A program made the position numbers and the translations under genes. From positions 58,271 to 81,143 of the forward strand of contig JARRRI010000017.1 of assembly GCA_037380845.1 (NCBI GenBank): a stretch of 22,873 nt of DNA. Reading direction: 5' to 3'. The DNA is from Candidatus Sulfobium sp. (GTDB lineage Bacteria > Nitrospirota > Thermodesulfovibrionia > Thermodesulfovibrionales > UBA6898). Below, piece after piece: positions 7,739-19,480 of the stretch (positions within the stretch are counted from its first letter, which is position 1; the number at the start of each line of letters is the position of its first letter). Below the pieces are notes generated by a model. The model worked only from the letters and a program-made list of their open reading frames with translations, had not been told where the DNA came from and searched no databases.

Positions 7739-8152
7739 CTATTTGGCCCTTCTCACCTCCGCTACCTGTATCCTCGTCACGGCACGTTCAAGGGAAGACT
7801 CTGCACGCGCAAAATCTATCTCTTCAGCTTTTCTAAGTCTCTCCTCTGCCCGTTTCATGGCCGCTTTGGCCCTGTCAACGTCGATATCCTCGGACCTCTC
7901 GGCACTGTCGGCCAGGACAAGCACTTTTTCCGGCCCGACCTCAGAGTATCCCCAGTTCACAAAGAAATATATTGACTGGTTCCCCTTTTTCGCGGTGAGC
8001 ATGCCTATTTTCAGGGTAGTGACAAAGGGGACATGGCCCGGCAGTACTCCAAATTCCCCCTCGCTGCCGCTGGAAGTGACCCCGTCAACCTCCTCGCTGA
8101 ACACAAGCCCCTGGGGGGTGACTATTTCGAGAAGCAGTTTTCCTTCACCCAT
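7739..8152 (-). CDS. atpC: F1 ATP synthase epsilon subunit
   Basis: LEIVTP, GEFGVLPGHVP, IDVDRA; last gene of the atp cluster. Confidence 0.97.
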   Translation of the reverse strand: MGEGKLLLEIVTPQGLVFSEEVDGVTSSGSEGEFGVLPGHVPFVTTLKIGMLTAKKGNQSIYFFVNWGYSEVGPEKVLVLADSAERSEDIDVDRAKAAMKRAEERLRKAEEIDFARAESSLERAVTRIQVAEVRRAK

Positions 8153-8157
8153 TCTTT

Positions 8158-10480
<2,323 letters not shown>

Positions 10481-10514
10481 TTTCTTCCCTTATCTACCGA
10501 TTCCTGCGGCCTCA

Positions 10515-12023
10515 CTAAGGCTGAAAACCCTTCTTGAAGTCTTCAATAGCCGCGGTCAGCTTGGCCTTGATGTCGTCGTCGATCGCCTTTTTCTGTTCCA
10601 GCTCCTTCTTGACTTCCGCCTTCCGGTCGTTCATATACCTGACGAGATCCTCCTGGAACTTCGATATCGATTCCACGGGAACGTCATCGACAAATCCCTG
10701 GGTGGCGGCGAAAAGGACGCATACCTGGTCTGTCATGGACATCGGCACATACTGGTTCTGCTTCAGGAGTTCGACCATCCTCTTGCCTCTTTCAATCTGC
10801 GCCAGAGTCGCCTTGTCGAGGTCGCTGCCGAACTGTGCGAAAGCCGCCAGCTCCCTGAACTGGGCAAGGTCCAGCCTCAGCGTACCTGCGACCTGTTTCA
10901 TGGCCTTCGTCTGGGCCGCACCGCCGACTCGGCTGACCGAAAGGCCGACGTTGACTGCGGGCCGCACACCGGCGTAAAAGAGTTCCGGTTCGAGGTAAAT
11001 CTGACCGTCCGTAATCGATATGACGTTCGTGGGGATATACCCTGAAACGTCACCGGCCTGTGTCTCGATTATCGGGAGAGCAGTCAGTGAACCGCCTCCG
11101 AGTTCGTCCGAAACCCTCGCCGCCCTCTCGAGCAGCCTTGAATGGAGATAGAATACGTCGCCCGGAAATGCCTCACGTCCCGGAGGGCGCCTGAGGAGAA
11201 GCGAAAGCTGACGGTAGGCGGTGGCCTGTTTGCTGAGGTCGTCGTAAATGATCAGCGCATGCCGTCCGCTGTCCCGGAAATATTCTCCCATCGCGCACCC
11301 CGTATATGGCGCTATATACTGCAACGGCGCAGGCTCGCTGGCCGTGGCGGAGACTATAATGGTATGCTCCATGGCGCCGTTCTCTTCCAGGACCTTCATC
11401 ACACTCGCCACATTGGAACGTTTCTGGCCGACCGCAACATAAATGCAGGTAACATCCCCGCCCTTCTGGTTGATGATGGCGTCTATGCCTATGGCGGTCT
11501 TGCCGGTCTGACGGTCGCCGATTATAAGCTCTCTCTGTCCCCTTCCGACCGGTATCATGGAATCTATCGCCTTCAGTCCGGTCTGCATCGGCTGGTTAAC
11601 GGGCTGCCTCTCGATGATTCCGGGGGCAAGCATGTCTACTATCCTCATCTCGGAGGTGTTTATCGGACCTTTTCCGTCGATGGGCTGTCCTATTGCGTTT
11701 ACGACCCTGCCCCTGAGAGCCTCGCCCACCGGTACGGACATGATCCTGCCCGTGCGTTTTACCACATCGCCTTCATGGATAAGTGAATCTTCACCGAAGA
11801 GAACGGCACCGACGCTGTCTTCTTCAAGGTTCAGCGCCATGCCCATAACCCCGTTGGGGAACTCCAGCAGTTCGGACGCCATGCATTTATCCAGCCCGTA
11901 GATCCTGGCGATACCGTCACCGACCGACATGACCGTACCGACCTCGCTGACATCAACCTTCTTCTCGAAGTCAGTGATCTGCTTCCTCAAAAGTTCACTT
12001 ATCTCGTCTACTTTAATCTCCAT
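10515..12023 (-). CDS. atpA: F1 ATP synthase alpha subunit
   Basis: [46 protein letters not shown]. Confidence 0.99.
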   Translation of the reverse strand: MEIKVDEISELLRKQITDFEKKVDVSEVGTVMSVGDGIARIYGLDKCMASELLEFPNGVMGMALNLEEDSVGAVLFGEDSLIHEGDVVKRTGRIMSVPVGEALRGRVVNAIGQPIDGKGPINTSEMRIVDMLAPGIIERQPVNQPMQTGLKAIDSMIPVGRGQRELIIGDRQTGKTAIGIDAIINQKGGDVTCIYVAVGQKRSNVASVMKVLEENGAMEHTIIVSATASEPAPLQYIAPYTGCAMGEYFRDSGRHALIIYDDLSKQATAYRQLSLLLRRPPGREAFPGDVFYLHSRLLERAARVSDELGGGSLTALPIIETQAGDVSGYIPTNVISITDGQIYLEPELFYAGVRPAVNVGLSVSRVGGAAQTKAMKQVAGTLRLDLAQFRELAAFAQFGSDLDKATLAQIERGKRMVELLKQNQYVPMSMTDQVCVLFAATQGFVDDVPVESISKFQEDLVRYMNDRKAEVKKELEQKKAIDDDIKAKLTAAIEDFKKGFQP

Positions 12024-12027
12024 CTCT

Positions 12028-12567
12028 TCACCCCTTTATAAGCTCATCTTTCAAAAGCCGAAGCTGGCCTTTAATGCTGCTGTCGTACATGGTGCTGCCC
12101 ACCTTGACCAGCACGCCGCCCAGCAGGGACGGATCCATTACATACTCGATGTCTACGTCCCTGTCAATAAGTCCCTTAAGTGAATTCTTCAGACGCCTTT
12201 CATAATCTCCCCCGATCTCCACAGGAGACAGTACAACGGCCTTCGCCCGCTTCTTCTTTTCAAGATAGATGGCCGTGGCAGTCTTTATTATCTGTGAAAG
12301 GCCGGCGATCGCCTTGATTCCGGCGATGTGAACGACAAATTTGGTGACCGTCTCCGACAGCTTCGCCTTTTCCGCGACCTGTCTCAGCGCCTTCTCTCTC
12401 TCTTCCCCGGTAAATCCCGGGTTTATGAGAACACTCCTGAACTCCCTGCTTTCCTCCATCATCTTCTCGATCACAGAGAGTTCGGCGATGGCCCTGGGAG
12501 CATCCTCCAGGCCGACGGCACTGATCAATGTTTTGGCGTACTTTTTGGCTTCCTTTAGCGGTTTCAC
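12028..12567 (-). CDS. atpH: F1 ATP synthase delta subunit
   Basis: AKKYAKTL at the N-terminus, [25 protein letters not shown] at the C-terminus; lies between atpF and atpA. Confidence 0.96.
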   Translation of the reverse strand: MKPLKEAKKYAKTLISAVGLEDAPRAIAELSVIEKMMEESREFRSVLINPGFTGEEREKALRQVAEKAKLSETVTKFVVHIAGIKAIAGLSQIIKTATAIYLEKKKRAKAVVLSPVEIGGDYERRLKNSLKGLIDRDVDIEYVMDPSLLGGVLVKVGSTMYDSSIKGQLRLLKDELIKG

Positions 12568-13190
12568 TTTTTACCCTCTATTTTTGAGACCGATTCTTCG
12601 AGCAGTTTCATCTGCTCTTCCTTGGTCATTTTCTCCCTGAGTTTCTTTTCGGCGAGCTCCATGGCGATTTCAACGGCCTCGTCCCTTATCGATGATTTGG
12701 CCTGTCTGACCTCGAAGTCGATATTGTTCCTGGCCTGCTCCAGGATTCTCTCCTTCATCTTCTCGCCTTCTTCGACAAGTCTCCCTTTCTCCTTCTCGCC
12801 CGAGATCTTCGAAGACGCGATAATTTCCTCGATCTCTTTGTCCTTGACCCTGAGCCTCTCCTCCACCTGGGCTAGTGCCTTCTCGGCCAGCTCCCTGGCC
12901 TGCTTTGCTTCATTCAGACTCTGTTCAATAAGTTCCGTCCGGCGCTTGAAGTAGCCCTTGACGTCCATCTTTTTGAACAGGTAGACCAGCAGGAAGACAA
13001 GTATGAGAAAATTGACTACCGGCCAGAGAAATTCCTTGAAAAGAGACTCGTGCATCTCCCCGCCTTCGGCTGCAAAGGCAACGGAGACAGACATGACAGA
13101 CATGACAAACGCCAAGGGGAAAGAATGAAATATTATGGAGATTATTCTTTTCGCTTTTTGACTGATTTCCGACTTCAGGCTTTTTTTCAT
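12564..13190 (-). CDS. atpF: Fo ATP synthase subunit b, with an N-terminal extension
   Basis: WPVVNFLILVFLLVYLF membrane anchor followed by a long charged coiled coil; overlaps atpH by 4 nt. Exact start uncertain. Confidence 0.92.
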   Translation of the reverse strand: MKKSLKSEISQKAKRIISIIFHSFPLAFVMSVMSVSVAFAAEGGEMHESLFKEFLWPVVNFLILVFLLVYLFKKMDVKGYFKRRTELIEQSLNEAKQARELAEKALAQVEERLRVKDKEIEEIIASSKISGEKEKGRLVEEGEKMKERILEQARNNIDFEVRQAKSSIRDEAVEIAMELAEKKLREKMTKEEQMKLLEESVSKIEGKK

Positions 13191-13612
13191 TACGCCCCTA
13201 CCAGCTTTCTGACTATTTCTTCGGAGAACCGTTCAACGTCCGCCCTGAGGGCCTGCCTGGCCCTGGAGACCTCTCCCTTCAGTTCCTCTCTCGCCGTCTG
13301 TATCATGGCAGCCGAGCTTTCCTCTGCCTCGGAGAGGAAAGTCTTCTGCATTTCCAGCCCCTCCGATCTCATTGAATCGAAGACCTCCCTGGCCTTGGCG
13401 CGGGACGCAGCTATTTCTTTGTTCATCCTTTCGATACCCTCTTCTTTCCTGCGTTCCATCTCTTTTGCGGCATCGAGCGAACCCTTGACGGTGTTATCTC
13501 TCTCTTCGAAGATCTTCAGAACGGGTTTGTAAAGGATGATATTGAGAATAAAAATCAGCGCCAGGAAATTTACGGTAAGGAGAATAAGCCAGTTTAGCTG
13601 AATATTGAGCAT
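13190..13612 (-). CDS. atpF: Fo ATP synthase subunit b' (second b-type subunit)
   Basis: VNFLALIFILNIILYKPVLKIFEER followed by a coiled coil. Start moved from 13762 to ATG 13612, preceded by AGGAAGAAGAGGA. Confidence 0.92.
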   Translation of the reverse strand: MLNIQLNWLILLTVNFLALIFILNIILYKPVLKIFEERDNTVKGSLDAAKEMERRKEEGIERMNKEIAASRAKAREVFDSMRSEGLEMQKTFLSEAEESSAAMIQTAREELKGEVSRARQALRADVERFSEEIVRKLVGA

Positions 13613-13656
13613 CGTATCCTCTTCTTCCTGAGATATTATTGATCGAAAACCTACGA

Positions 13657-13686
13657 AGACTATCACATCGAGGAAAAGTTTGTCAA
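13657..13686 (-). promoter_or_regulatory. Sigma-70-type promoter of the atp cluster
   Basis: TTGACA-N18-TAGTCT with extended -10 TG and AT-rich sequence upstream (UP-element-like). Confidence 0.6.
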
Positions 13687-13783
13687 GACATTTTATATTT
13701 AGAAATAAGAGGTTATCTAAAAATTTACCTATAAGTCGATAAGTTATCTTTATTCTTCGCAAACGAGGGGGGGAACAGGCCGT

Positions 13784-15034
13784 TCATTCCCGTTCCCCCA
13801 TCGAGGGCGCTACCAGTTTTTTTATGGTCAACCCCTGCACCAGGATCGAGAATAATACGATGCTGTATGTCATGGTTATCACCACATCCCTCTCCCGTCC
13901 GTGGGGAAGTGACAACGCCAGGGCCACGGCTATGCCGCCCCGCAGTCCTCCCCAGGTCATTACCTTCAGGGCATCGGCGGGCAGTTTGACCAGGAGCCGC
14001 ATCAGGGAGAGGGGGATTCCGACGGACACCAGACGGGCCAGAAGCGCGACCGCTATCGCAACGGCTCCCGCGACAAGGTAGGGGCCCGAGAGGGTCACCA
14101 CCAGGAGTTCGAGGCCTATCATGACAAAGAGAAGGGAATTCAGGATCACGTCGACAAGTTCCCAGAACATATCGAGGTTGTGACGGGTCTTTTCGGACAT
14201 GGCGAATTTCCGCCCCCGGTTCCCGATCAGGAGGCCGGCAACCACTATTGCAATCGGTCCGGATGTATGCAGCGACGCAGCCAGTGCATACCCTCCCGTC
14301 ACCAGGGCCAGGGTCACAAGGATTTCCACCTGATAATTGTCTATGCTCTTCAAAACCCTGTACGCCAGCCATCCCAGCATAAGGCCGAGGACGAACCCGC
14401 CTAAAGCCTCTTCGAGAAAAAGGAATAAAGCCCCCTGCAAAGACGCTGCGCGCTCTCCCGAGGCCATGCCGGCCAGAACTACAAAGACAACCACCCCCAC
14501 ACCGTCGTTAAACAGGGATTCACCCGAAATTATTATTTCCAGACTCTTGGGCGCCCCGGACTTCCTCAGGATACCCAGAACCGCAATGGGGTCGGTGGGG
14601 GAAATAAGCGCCCCGAAAAGGAGGCTCGTAATAAACCTCAGATTCAGTCCAAGCCATCCGGAGACGTAATATATGATTGTGCCGGTAACGAAAGTGGAGA
14701 TGACGACTCCCGCCGTAGCAAATGTGCCTATCTCCCATTTGCGTTTCAGCAGTTCCTCGCTGTCGACATGCAGGGAGCCTGCAAATAGCAGGAACCCGAG
14801 CATCCCCACCATCAAAGACTTGTTGAAGTTGATATTATGGAGGAAAGACTTCCAGTGTTCCTCGATGCCGAGCGTGGAGGGGACCAGACGTCCGAGGGTC
14901 ACAAGTCCCAGAGACACCAGAATCGAGATCAGCATCAGGCCTATAGTATTGGGCAGCTTGATGAACCGGTGATTCAGGTAGCCGAATGTCGCCGAAAGCG
15001 TTATGAGGACAGCGACGATATTGAATAGATTCAT
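13784..15034 (-). CDS. CPA1-family Na+/H+ antiporter (NhaP-like)
   Basis: Highly hydrophobic; LFGALISPTDPIAV, GESLFNDG, WGGLRGG, SILVQGLT. Confidence 0.93.
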   Translation of the reverse strand: MNLFNIVAVLITLSATFGYLNHRFIKLPNTIGLMLISILVSLGLVTLGRLVPSTLGIEEHWKSFLHNINFNKSLMVGMLGFLLFAGSLHVDSEELLKRKWEIGTFATAGVVISTFVTGTIIYYVSGWLGLNLRFITSLLFGALISPTDPIAVLGILRKSGAPKSLEIIISGESLFNDGVGVVVFVVLAGMASGERAASLQGALFLFLEEALGGFVLGLMLGWLAYRVLKSIDNYQVEILVTLALVTGGYALAASLHTSGPIAIVVAGLLIGNRGRKFAMSEKTRHNLDMFWELVDVILNSLLFVMIGLELLVVTLSGPYLVAGAVAIAVALLARLVSVGIPLSLMRLLVKLPADALKVMTWGGLRGGIAVALALSLPHGRERDVVITMTYSIVLFSILVQGLTIKKLVAPSMGERE

Positions 15035-15120
15035 CTTCCCCCCAAATAAGCTATATTATACGTTCTTTATTACAAGAAGTGGAGCGGCGGCAGTAACGCT
15101 TCACTACCTCTTTTCCTCCC

Positions 15121-15150
15121 TTGACCCTTCCCGCGGGACTGGGCTAGAAT
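15121..15150 (+). promoter_or_regulatory. Sigma-70-type promoter upstream of mutS2
   Basis: TTGACC-N18-TAGAAT. A divergent minus-strand TATAAT at 15055-15060 may serve the antiporter. Confidence 0.5.
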
Positions 15151-15228
15151 TATTTATAATGCATTTTATATATTCCGAATATCTGACTGTCGCCGCGAAG
15201 GCGCGTACCTCTTAAAAAAACTCCGTCG

Positions 15229-17592
15229 ATGGAAAATCTCTCTCTGGAACTGCTCGAATTTCGCAAATTACTATCCATAATTTCGGCTTTAGCAAACAGC
15301 GAGGCATCCGGGAAGCGCGTACTGGAGGTGCTTCCCCTGGGGAGCAAAGACGACATTCTGGCACGTCAAAGGCGGATCGGGGAAATCATCAGGATGTCCC
15401 AGGAGGGCTTCCCGCTCAGGCTCTCGGCCTTCAGCGGTCTGTCTTCTCTCATGCTGAAAGTCAGGCCCGCGGGCGCCGTGCTGGAGGCAGGGGAACTGGC
15501 GGGTTTCATGCCGGTGCTCGAAATAGCCGAGACTGTATCCGAACAGATCGCCGTCAGGGACGACCTCCCGGCGCTGAAGGAGTATGCCGGAGACTTGACC
15601 GGGTTTCCGGACATTCTGAGACTTCTCAGACGGTCCGTGGACAGTGAAGGCAATATACTTGACGGCGCGTCCGCCATGCTTTCGGACCTGAGGGAACGGA
15701 CGAGGAGACTCGATGCCAGAATAGTGAAGAGGCTCGAAGAGATGGTGCGGGACGAAAGCCTCTCGGTCTTCCTCCAGGACGATTTCATAACAAAGAGGTC
15801 GGGAAGGTGGGTCATCCCCGTAAGGATGGATTCCAAGGGACAGGTCGCGGGCGTGGTGCACGATGTCTCGAAGTCGGGCGAAACCGCTTTCGTCGAACCC
15901 CTCGCAATCATAAACCTCGCAAACGAACTTGAAAACCTCATTGCGGAACAGAGGGCCGAGGAAATACGTATTCTGAGAAATATTTCTGCCGCGATACGCG
16001 AGGCGGCCGATGGCATAGCCGCCGAGTACGAGACTGTCGTCGGCCTCGATATCCTTAACTGCATGGCCCGCTTCGCTGAAGAACTGGACATGGAAATACC
16101 TTTAATAAATGAAACCGGCGGCATAAGCGTCGCCCGGGCAAGGCATCCCCTTCTTCAACTGGCGTTCAGAAACGCGGGAGGAACCCGGAACATCGTACCT
16201 CTGGACATAAAGCTGGGAGACGGCGACACCGTGATGGTTATAACCGGTTCAAACGCGGGCGGCAAGACAATCGCGGTTAAGACCATCGGACTGCTTACCC
16301 TGATGGCGCTGTCGGGCATGCCCGTTCCTGCGGACTCTTCGTCCAGTTTTCCCCTCTTAAAGGGTCTCATGGCGGATATGGGAGATGAACAGTCGATAGA
16401 GAGCAGCCTCTCCACTTTCTCCGCTCACGTTTCCAACATTTCACGTATCCTCAGGGGAGCAGACGGGGCGACGCTTGTGCTCATAGACGAACTCGGCACC
16501 GGCACCGACCCCGAGGAGGGCGCGGCCCTTGCCTGCGCCGTCCTTAATGAGTTGAGACGGAGCGGCGCCCTCGTGTTTGCGACGACCCATCTGGCTCAGA
16601 TAAAAGGCTTTGTGCACAGGACGGAAGGCATGCTGAACGCCTCGATGGAATTCGACGGAAAAACCCTGTCCCCTCTCTATAAGTTGCGGATAGGGGAACC
16701 GGGCCAGTCCCATGCCCTCGAGACGGCAAGGCGCTACGGACTGCCCGACAGCATCGTAGATTCGGCAAAGGCCATGCTCGGCGGCGTCCAGGTCGAATTC
16801 GACAACCTCATCGCCGACCTGAACGAGAAGAGAGCGCGTTATGAGGCCGCCCTCGGCGACATGAGCCGCCGGCAGGAAGAAATGGAAAAGGAGAGGGGGC
16901 TCCTTGAAGCCGCGCTGGCGGAAGCGGAAGAACGTCGAAAAGAAATATTGGCCGGGTCTTACAGGGAAGCGGCTGAAATGATTTCAGGCGTAAAGAGGGA
17001 AATGAACAGCCTGATCGAAGAGCTGAAGGCAAAAGAGAAGACAAAAAGGCGCGAGGTAGTCAGGGAGGTTGAGGCAAAGCAGAGGGAGATTACCGAAAAA
17101 CTGAGCCGGCTGGAAGGCGACGAGACAGATACGCTCTCAGTTGAGGAGATCGAGGCCGGCGATACCGTATTCATACGTTCGCTGGGATACGACGCTGCAG
17201 TGTTAAGCGTGATGGGGCAGCAGAACCGCGTAAAGGTGGCGGCCGGCAACATGGAGATAGAAGTCCCTCTTTCGGACGTCGCCCGCAAAAAGGGAAAGGC
17301 GGTTCAGAAGGAGATGCCGGCATTCAGAACGGAGACGATGGAGGAGACAATGTCGTCCAGCATCAACCTGATCGGTCTTAGGGTGGATGACGCCCTCTCG
17401 CGACTTGAACCGTTCCTCAATCATGCTTCGCTCGCCGGCCTTCCGGAAGTCACGGTTATCCACGGCCTCGGCACAGGTACGCTGTCGAAGGCGGTAAGGG
17501 AATACCTTGAAGGACATCCGCTCGTCGGGAGATTCAGGCCCGGCAAAAAGTATGAGGGCGGCGATGGCGTTACCGTTGTCACAATGGTGTAA
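15229..17592 (+). CDS. mutS2: MutS2 endonuclease / ribosome-collision factor (ATPase, coiled coil, KOW, Smr)
   Basis: GVVHDVSKSGETAFVEP, ARHPLL, TGSNAGGKT, GDEQSIESSLSTFSAH, DELGTGTDP, ATTH, Smr INLIGLRVDDA..IHGLGTG..GGDGVT. Confidence 0.97.
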   Translation: MENLSLELLEFRKLLSIISALANSEASGKRVLEVLPLGSKDDILARQRRIGEIIRMSQEGFPLRLSAFSGLSSLMLKVRPAGAVLEAGELAGFMPVLEIAETVSEQIAVRDDLPALKEYAGDLTGFPDILRLLRRSVDSEGNILDGASAMLSDLRERTRRLDARIVKRLEEMVRDESLSVFLQDDFITKRSGRWVIPVRMDSKGQVAGVVHDVSKSGETAFVEPLAIINLANELENLIAEQRAEEIRILRNISAAIREAADGIAAEYETVVGLDILNCMARFAEELDMEIPLINETGGISVARARHPLLQLAFRNAGGTRNIVPLDIKLGDGDTVMVITGSNAGGKTIAVKTIGLLTLMALSGMPVPADSSSSFPLLKGLMADMGDEQSIESSLSTFSAHVSNISRILRGADGATLVLIDELGTGTDPEEGAALACAVLNELRRSGALVFATTHLAQIKGFVHRTEGMLNASMEFDGKTLSPLYKLRIGEPGQSHALETARRYGLPDSIVDSAKAMLGGVQVEFDNLIADLNEKRARYEAALGDMSRRQEEMEKERGLLEAALAEAEERRKEILAGSYREAAEMISGVKREMNSLIEELKAKEKTKRREVVREVEAKQREITEKLSRLEGDETDTLSVEEIEAGDTVFIRSLGYDAAVLSVMGQQNRVKVAAGNMEIEVPLSDVARKKGKAVQKEMPAFRTETMEETMSSSINLIGLRVDDALSRLEPFLNHASLAGLPEVTVIHGLGTGTLSKAVREYLEGHPLVGRFRPGKKYEGGDGVTVVTMV

Positions 17593-17645
17593 GCCAATGC
17601 CTTCTCCCATTGCCTCCTGTTTCCTGTATCTTTTCCGTTTATATG

Positions 17646-17674
17646 TTGATTAACGGGAAATCTCCTGCTATCTT
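17646..17674 (+). promoter_or_regulatory. Sigma-70-type promoter for the ferritin-like gene
   Basis: TTGATT-N17-TATCTT with extended -10 TG. Confidence 0.45.
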
Positions 17675-17711
17675 ATGAAAAAACGCCGAAAAGTCGGATA
17701 AGGGGGTGCGC

Positions 17712-18002
17712 ATGCTGTCACAAATACCGTTCAGACTCGAAAAGGTCAACAGGAAGAACCTGGATAAGGAGATTCTGAGGGCGGCGATCATTGCGGAACT
17801 GGATGCGATAAACCTGTATGAACAGCTGGCTGCACTGTTAGGAAACCCCGGGGTGAAAAAAGTCCTCCTTGATGTGGCGAAAGAGGAGAAGACACATGTG
17901 GGCGAATTCCAGGCCCTCCTGATGAAGGTGGATAAAGAACAGGAAAGGGAGCTCGAAGAGGGAAGAAGAGAGGTGAATGACCTGACCAGCCGGACCACAT
18001 AA
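17712..18002 (+). CDS. Small two-helix ferritin-like protein (EncFtn/Flp, rubrerythrin-like)
   Basis: AELDAINLYEQ and EEKTHVGEF (E..Y / ExxH di-iron ligands), 96 aa. ATG 17712 follows AGGGGGTG; ORF track starts at GTG 17706. Confidence 0.85.
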   Translation: MLSQIPFRLEKVNRKNLDKEILRAAIIAELDAINLYEQLAALLGNPGVKKVLLDVAKEEKTHVGEFQALLMKVDKEQERELEEGRREVNDLTSRTT

Positions 18003-18028
18003 GCTGCCCTCAGGCCGGGTGATCGGAC

Positions 18029-18562
18029 TCAATCCCCTTCAAACTCTGTCAGGGCAAAAAATTCATATCCGTTTTCGCTGAGTTTTTTTGCCCCGCCTAC
18101 GTCCGGAAGATTTACGATGAAGGCCATTTCCCGAACAATTCCACCGAGCTTCTCTATGAGAACTGCTGAAGCCAGAGCGGTTCCGCCAGTCGCAAGCAGA
18201 TCGTCTACCAGAAGGACCCTGGTTCCCGGCCGGAAAGCGTCTTTGTGTATCTCTATAACGTCAGTCCCATACTCCAGTTCGTACTCGTGGCTTATTCTCT
18301 CGCCGGGAAGCTTGCCTTTCTTCCTTATAGGGACGAAGCCTTTTCCCAGTGTGTAGGCCAGGGCCCCCCCTATAATAAATCCCCTTGATTCTATCCCCAC
18401 AATCATATCGAAATTCGTATCTCCCGTAATATATCGCTGGGTAAGGCTGTCTATAACGAGTCTGAAGCCCACCGGGTCCTTTATGAGTGTGGTAATATCC
18501 CGGAACATAATCCCTTTTTTGGGATGATCCCGTATCGTCCTTATTCTGGATTTGATCGGCAT
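18029..18562 (-). CDS. apt: Adenine phosphoribosyltransferase
   Basis: GIMFRDITTL, GIESRGFI, IRKKGKLPG, YELEYG, PRPP motif VDDLLATGGT. Confidence 0.97.
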   Translation of the reverse strand: MPIKSRIRTIRDHPKKGIMFRDITTLIKDPVGFRLVIDSLTQRYITGDTNFDMIVGIESRGFIIGGALAYTLGKGFVPIRKKGKLPGERISHEYELEYGTDVIEIHKDAFRPGTRVLLVDDLLATGGTALASAVLIEKLGGIVREMAFIVNLPDVGGAKKLSENGYEFFALTEFEGD

Positions 18563-18575
18563 GGCAGATCTCCTG

Positions 18576-19340
18576 TTATCCGCATTCGCAGTCGGTGCGC
18601 GTGATCCTCGTAATAGTATCGAGGAGCAGCTTCTTCACGTTCTCCGCATTTTTGTTCATAATGGCGAGGATCATCTCCCACGTCACCGGTTCCTCACCTT
18701 CCTTCCAGCAGTCGTAATCGGTAGACATGGCGATGGTCTGGTAACAGATTCCCGCCTCCCTCGCCAGGATGACCTCCGGCACGGTGGACATGTTGATCAC
18801 ATCCGCCCCCAGTTTCCTGAACATGTGAGACTCGGCCTTTGTAGAAAACCTCGGTCCTTCGATAGTTACCACCGTGCCCGTCTTATGGTATTTGAAGCGG
18901 CATGCCTTTGCCGAATCCGTCAGAAGCGACCTCAGGTACCTGCAGAACGGCTCGTCCATGGGGGTGTGGATCACCTTTTCATCGTGGAAGGTAAGAGGCC
19001 TGTGCTTCGTAAAATCGATGAACTGGTCGACGAAGACGAGGTCCCCCGGCTTAATCTTTTCCCTGAGGGACCCGACGGCGGTCGTAGCCAGGATATGCGT
19101 ACACCCTTCTTTCTTGAGGGCATGGATGTTCGCCTTGAAGTTGACACCGGTCGGGTATATGGAGTGGTCTTTGCCGTGCCTGGCAAGGATTACGGTGTTG
19201 ACGCCGCCTATCTTCCCTATCGTGAGCGGCGAAGAAGGACTCCCGTAAGGAGTCTTCACCCTTTTCAGCCTGACATTACTGATCAACCCGGGATCGTCGA
19301 GCCCTGATCCGCCGATGATGCCGACCTTTATCGCCGCCAT
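18576..19340 (-). CDS. mtnP: S-methyl-5'-thioadenosine phosphorylase
   Basis: GIIGGSG, TPYG, LARHG, AVGSL, DQFIDFT, IEGPRFSTKAES, NMSTVPE, TDYDCW. Confidence 0.93.
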   Translation of the reverse strand: MAAIKVGIIGGSGLDDPGLISNVRLKRVKTPYGSPSSPLTIGKIGGVNTVILARHGKDHSIYPTGVNFKANIHALKKEGCTHILATTAVGSLREKIKPGDLVFVDQFIDFTKHRPLTFHDEKVIHTPMDEPFCRYLRSLLTDSAKACRFKYHKTGTVVTIEGPRFSTKAESHMFRKLGADVINMSTVPEVILAREAGICYQTIAMSTDYDCWKEGEEPVTWEMILAIMNKNAENVKKLLLDTITRITRTDCECG

Positions 19341-19372
19341 TCCCTCTCCTTTATTGGGTGAAGTGACTAAAA

Positions 19373-19402
19373 AAGATAAATAAAGGAGGAGATGAAAGTC
19401 AA
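19373..19402 (-). promoter_or_regulatory. Candidate sigma-70 promoter for mtnP-apt
   Basis: TTGACT-N18-TATCTT; SD AGGAGAGG precedes the mtnP ATG. Confidence 0.4.
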
Positions 19403-19480
19403 GTTCCGGAACTCGGCATATCGCACAATTTAGAAATGTGCTCTCTTCCCCGGTATAAAATGTCCAGAACCCTGAAGTGC

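Noticed and set aside
13613..13762. 50-aa N-terminal extension of subunit b' in the ORF track
   Set aside because: The region contains the predicted promoter and SD; the real start is most likely 13612.
13725..14372. 215-aa alternative-frame ORF within the antiporter, and the many antisense ORFs over atp, mutS2 and the two-component genes
   Set aside because: They overlap well-supported genes and show no recognisable motifs; expected in moderately GC-rich DNA.
19392..19433. Plus-strand mini-ORF MKVKFRNSAYRTI after AAAGGAGGAG
   Set aside because: GGAGG is only 2 nt from the ATG and the sequence doubles as the spacer of the predicted mtnP promoter; no other support.
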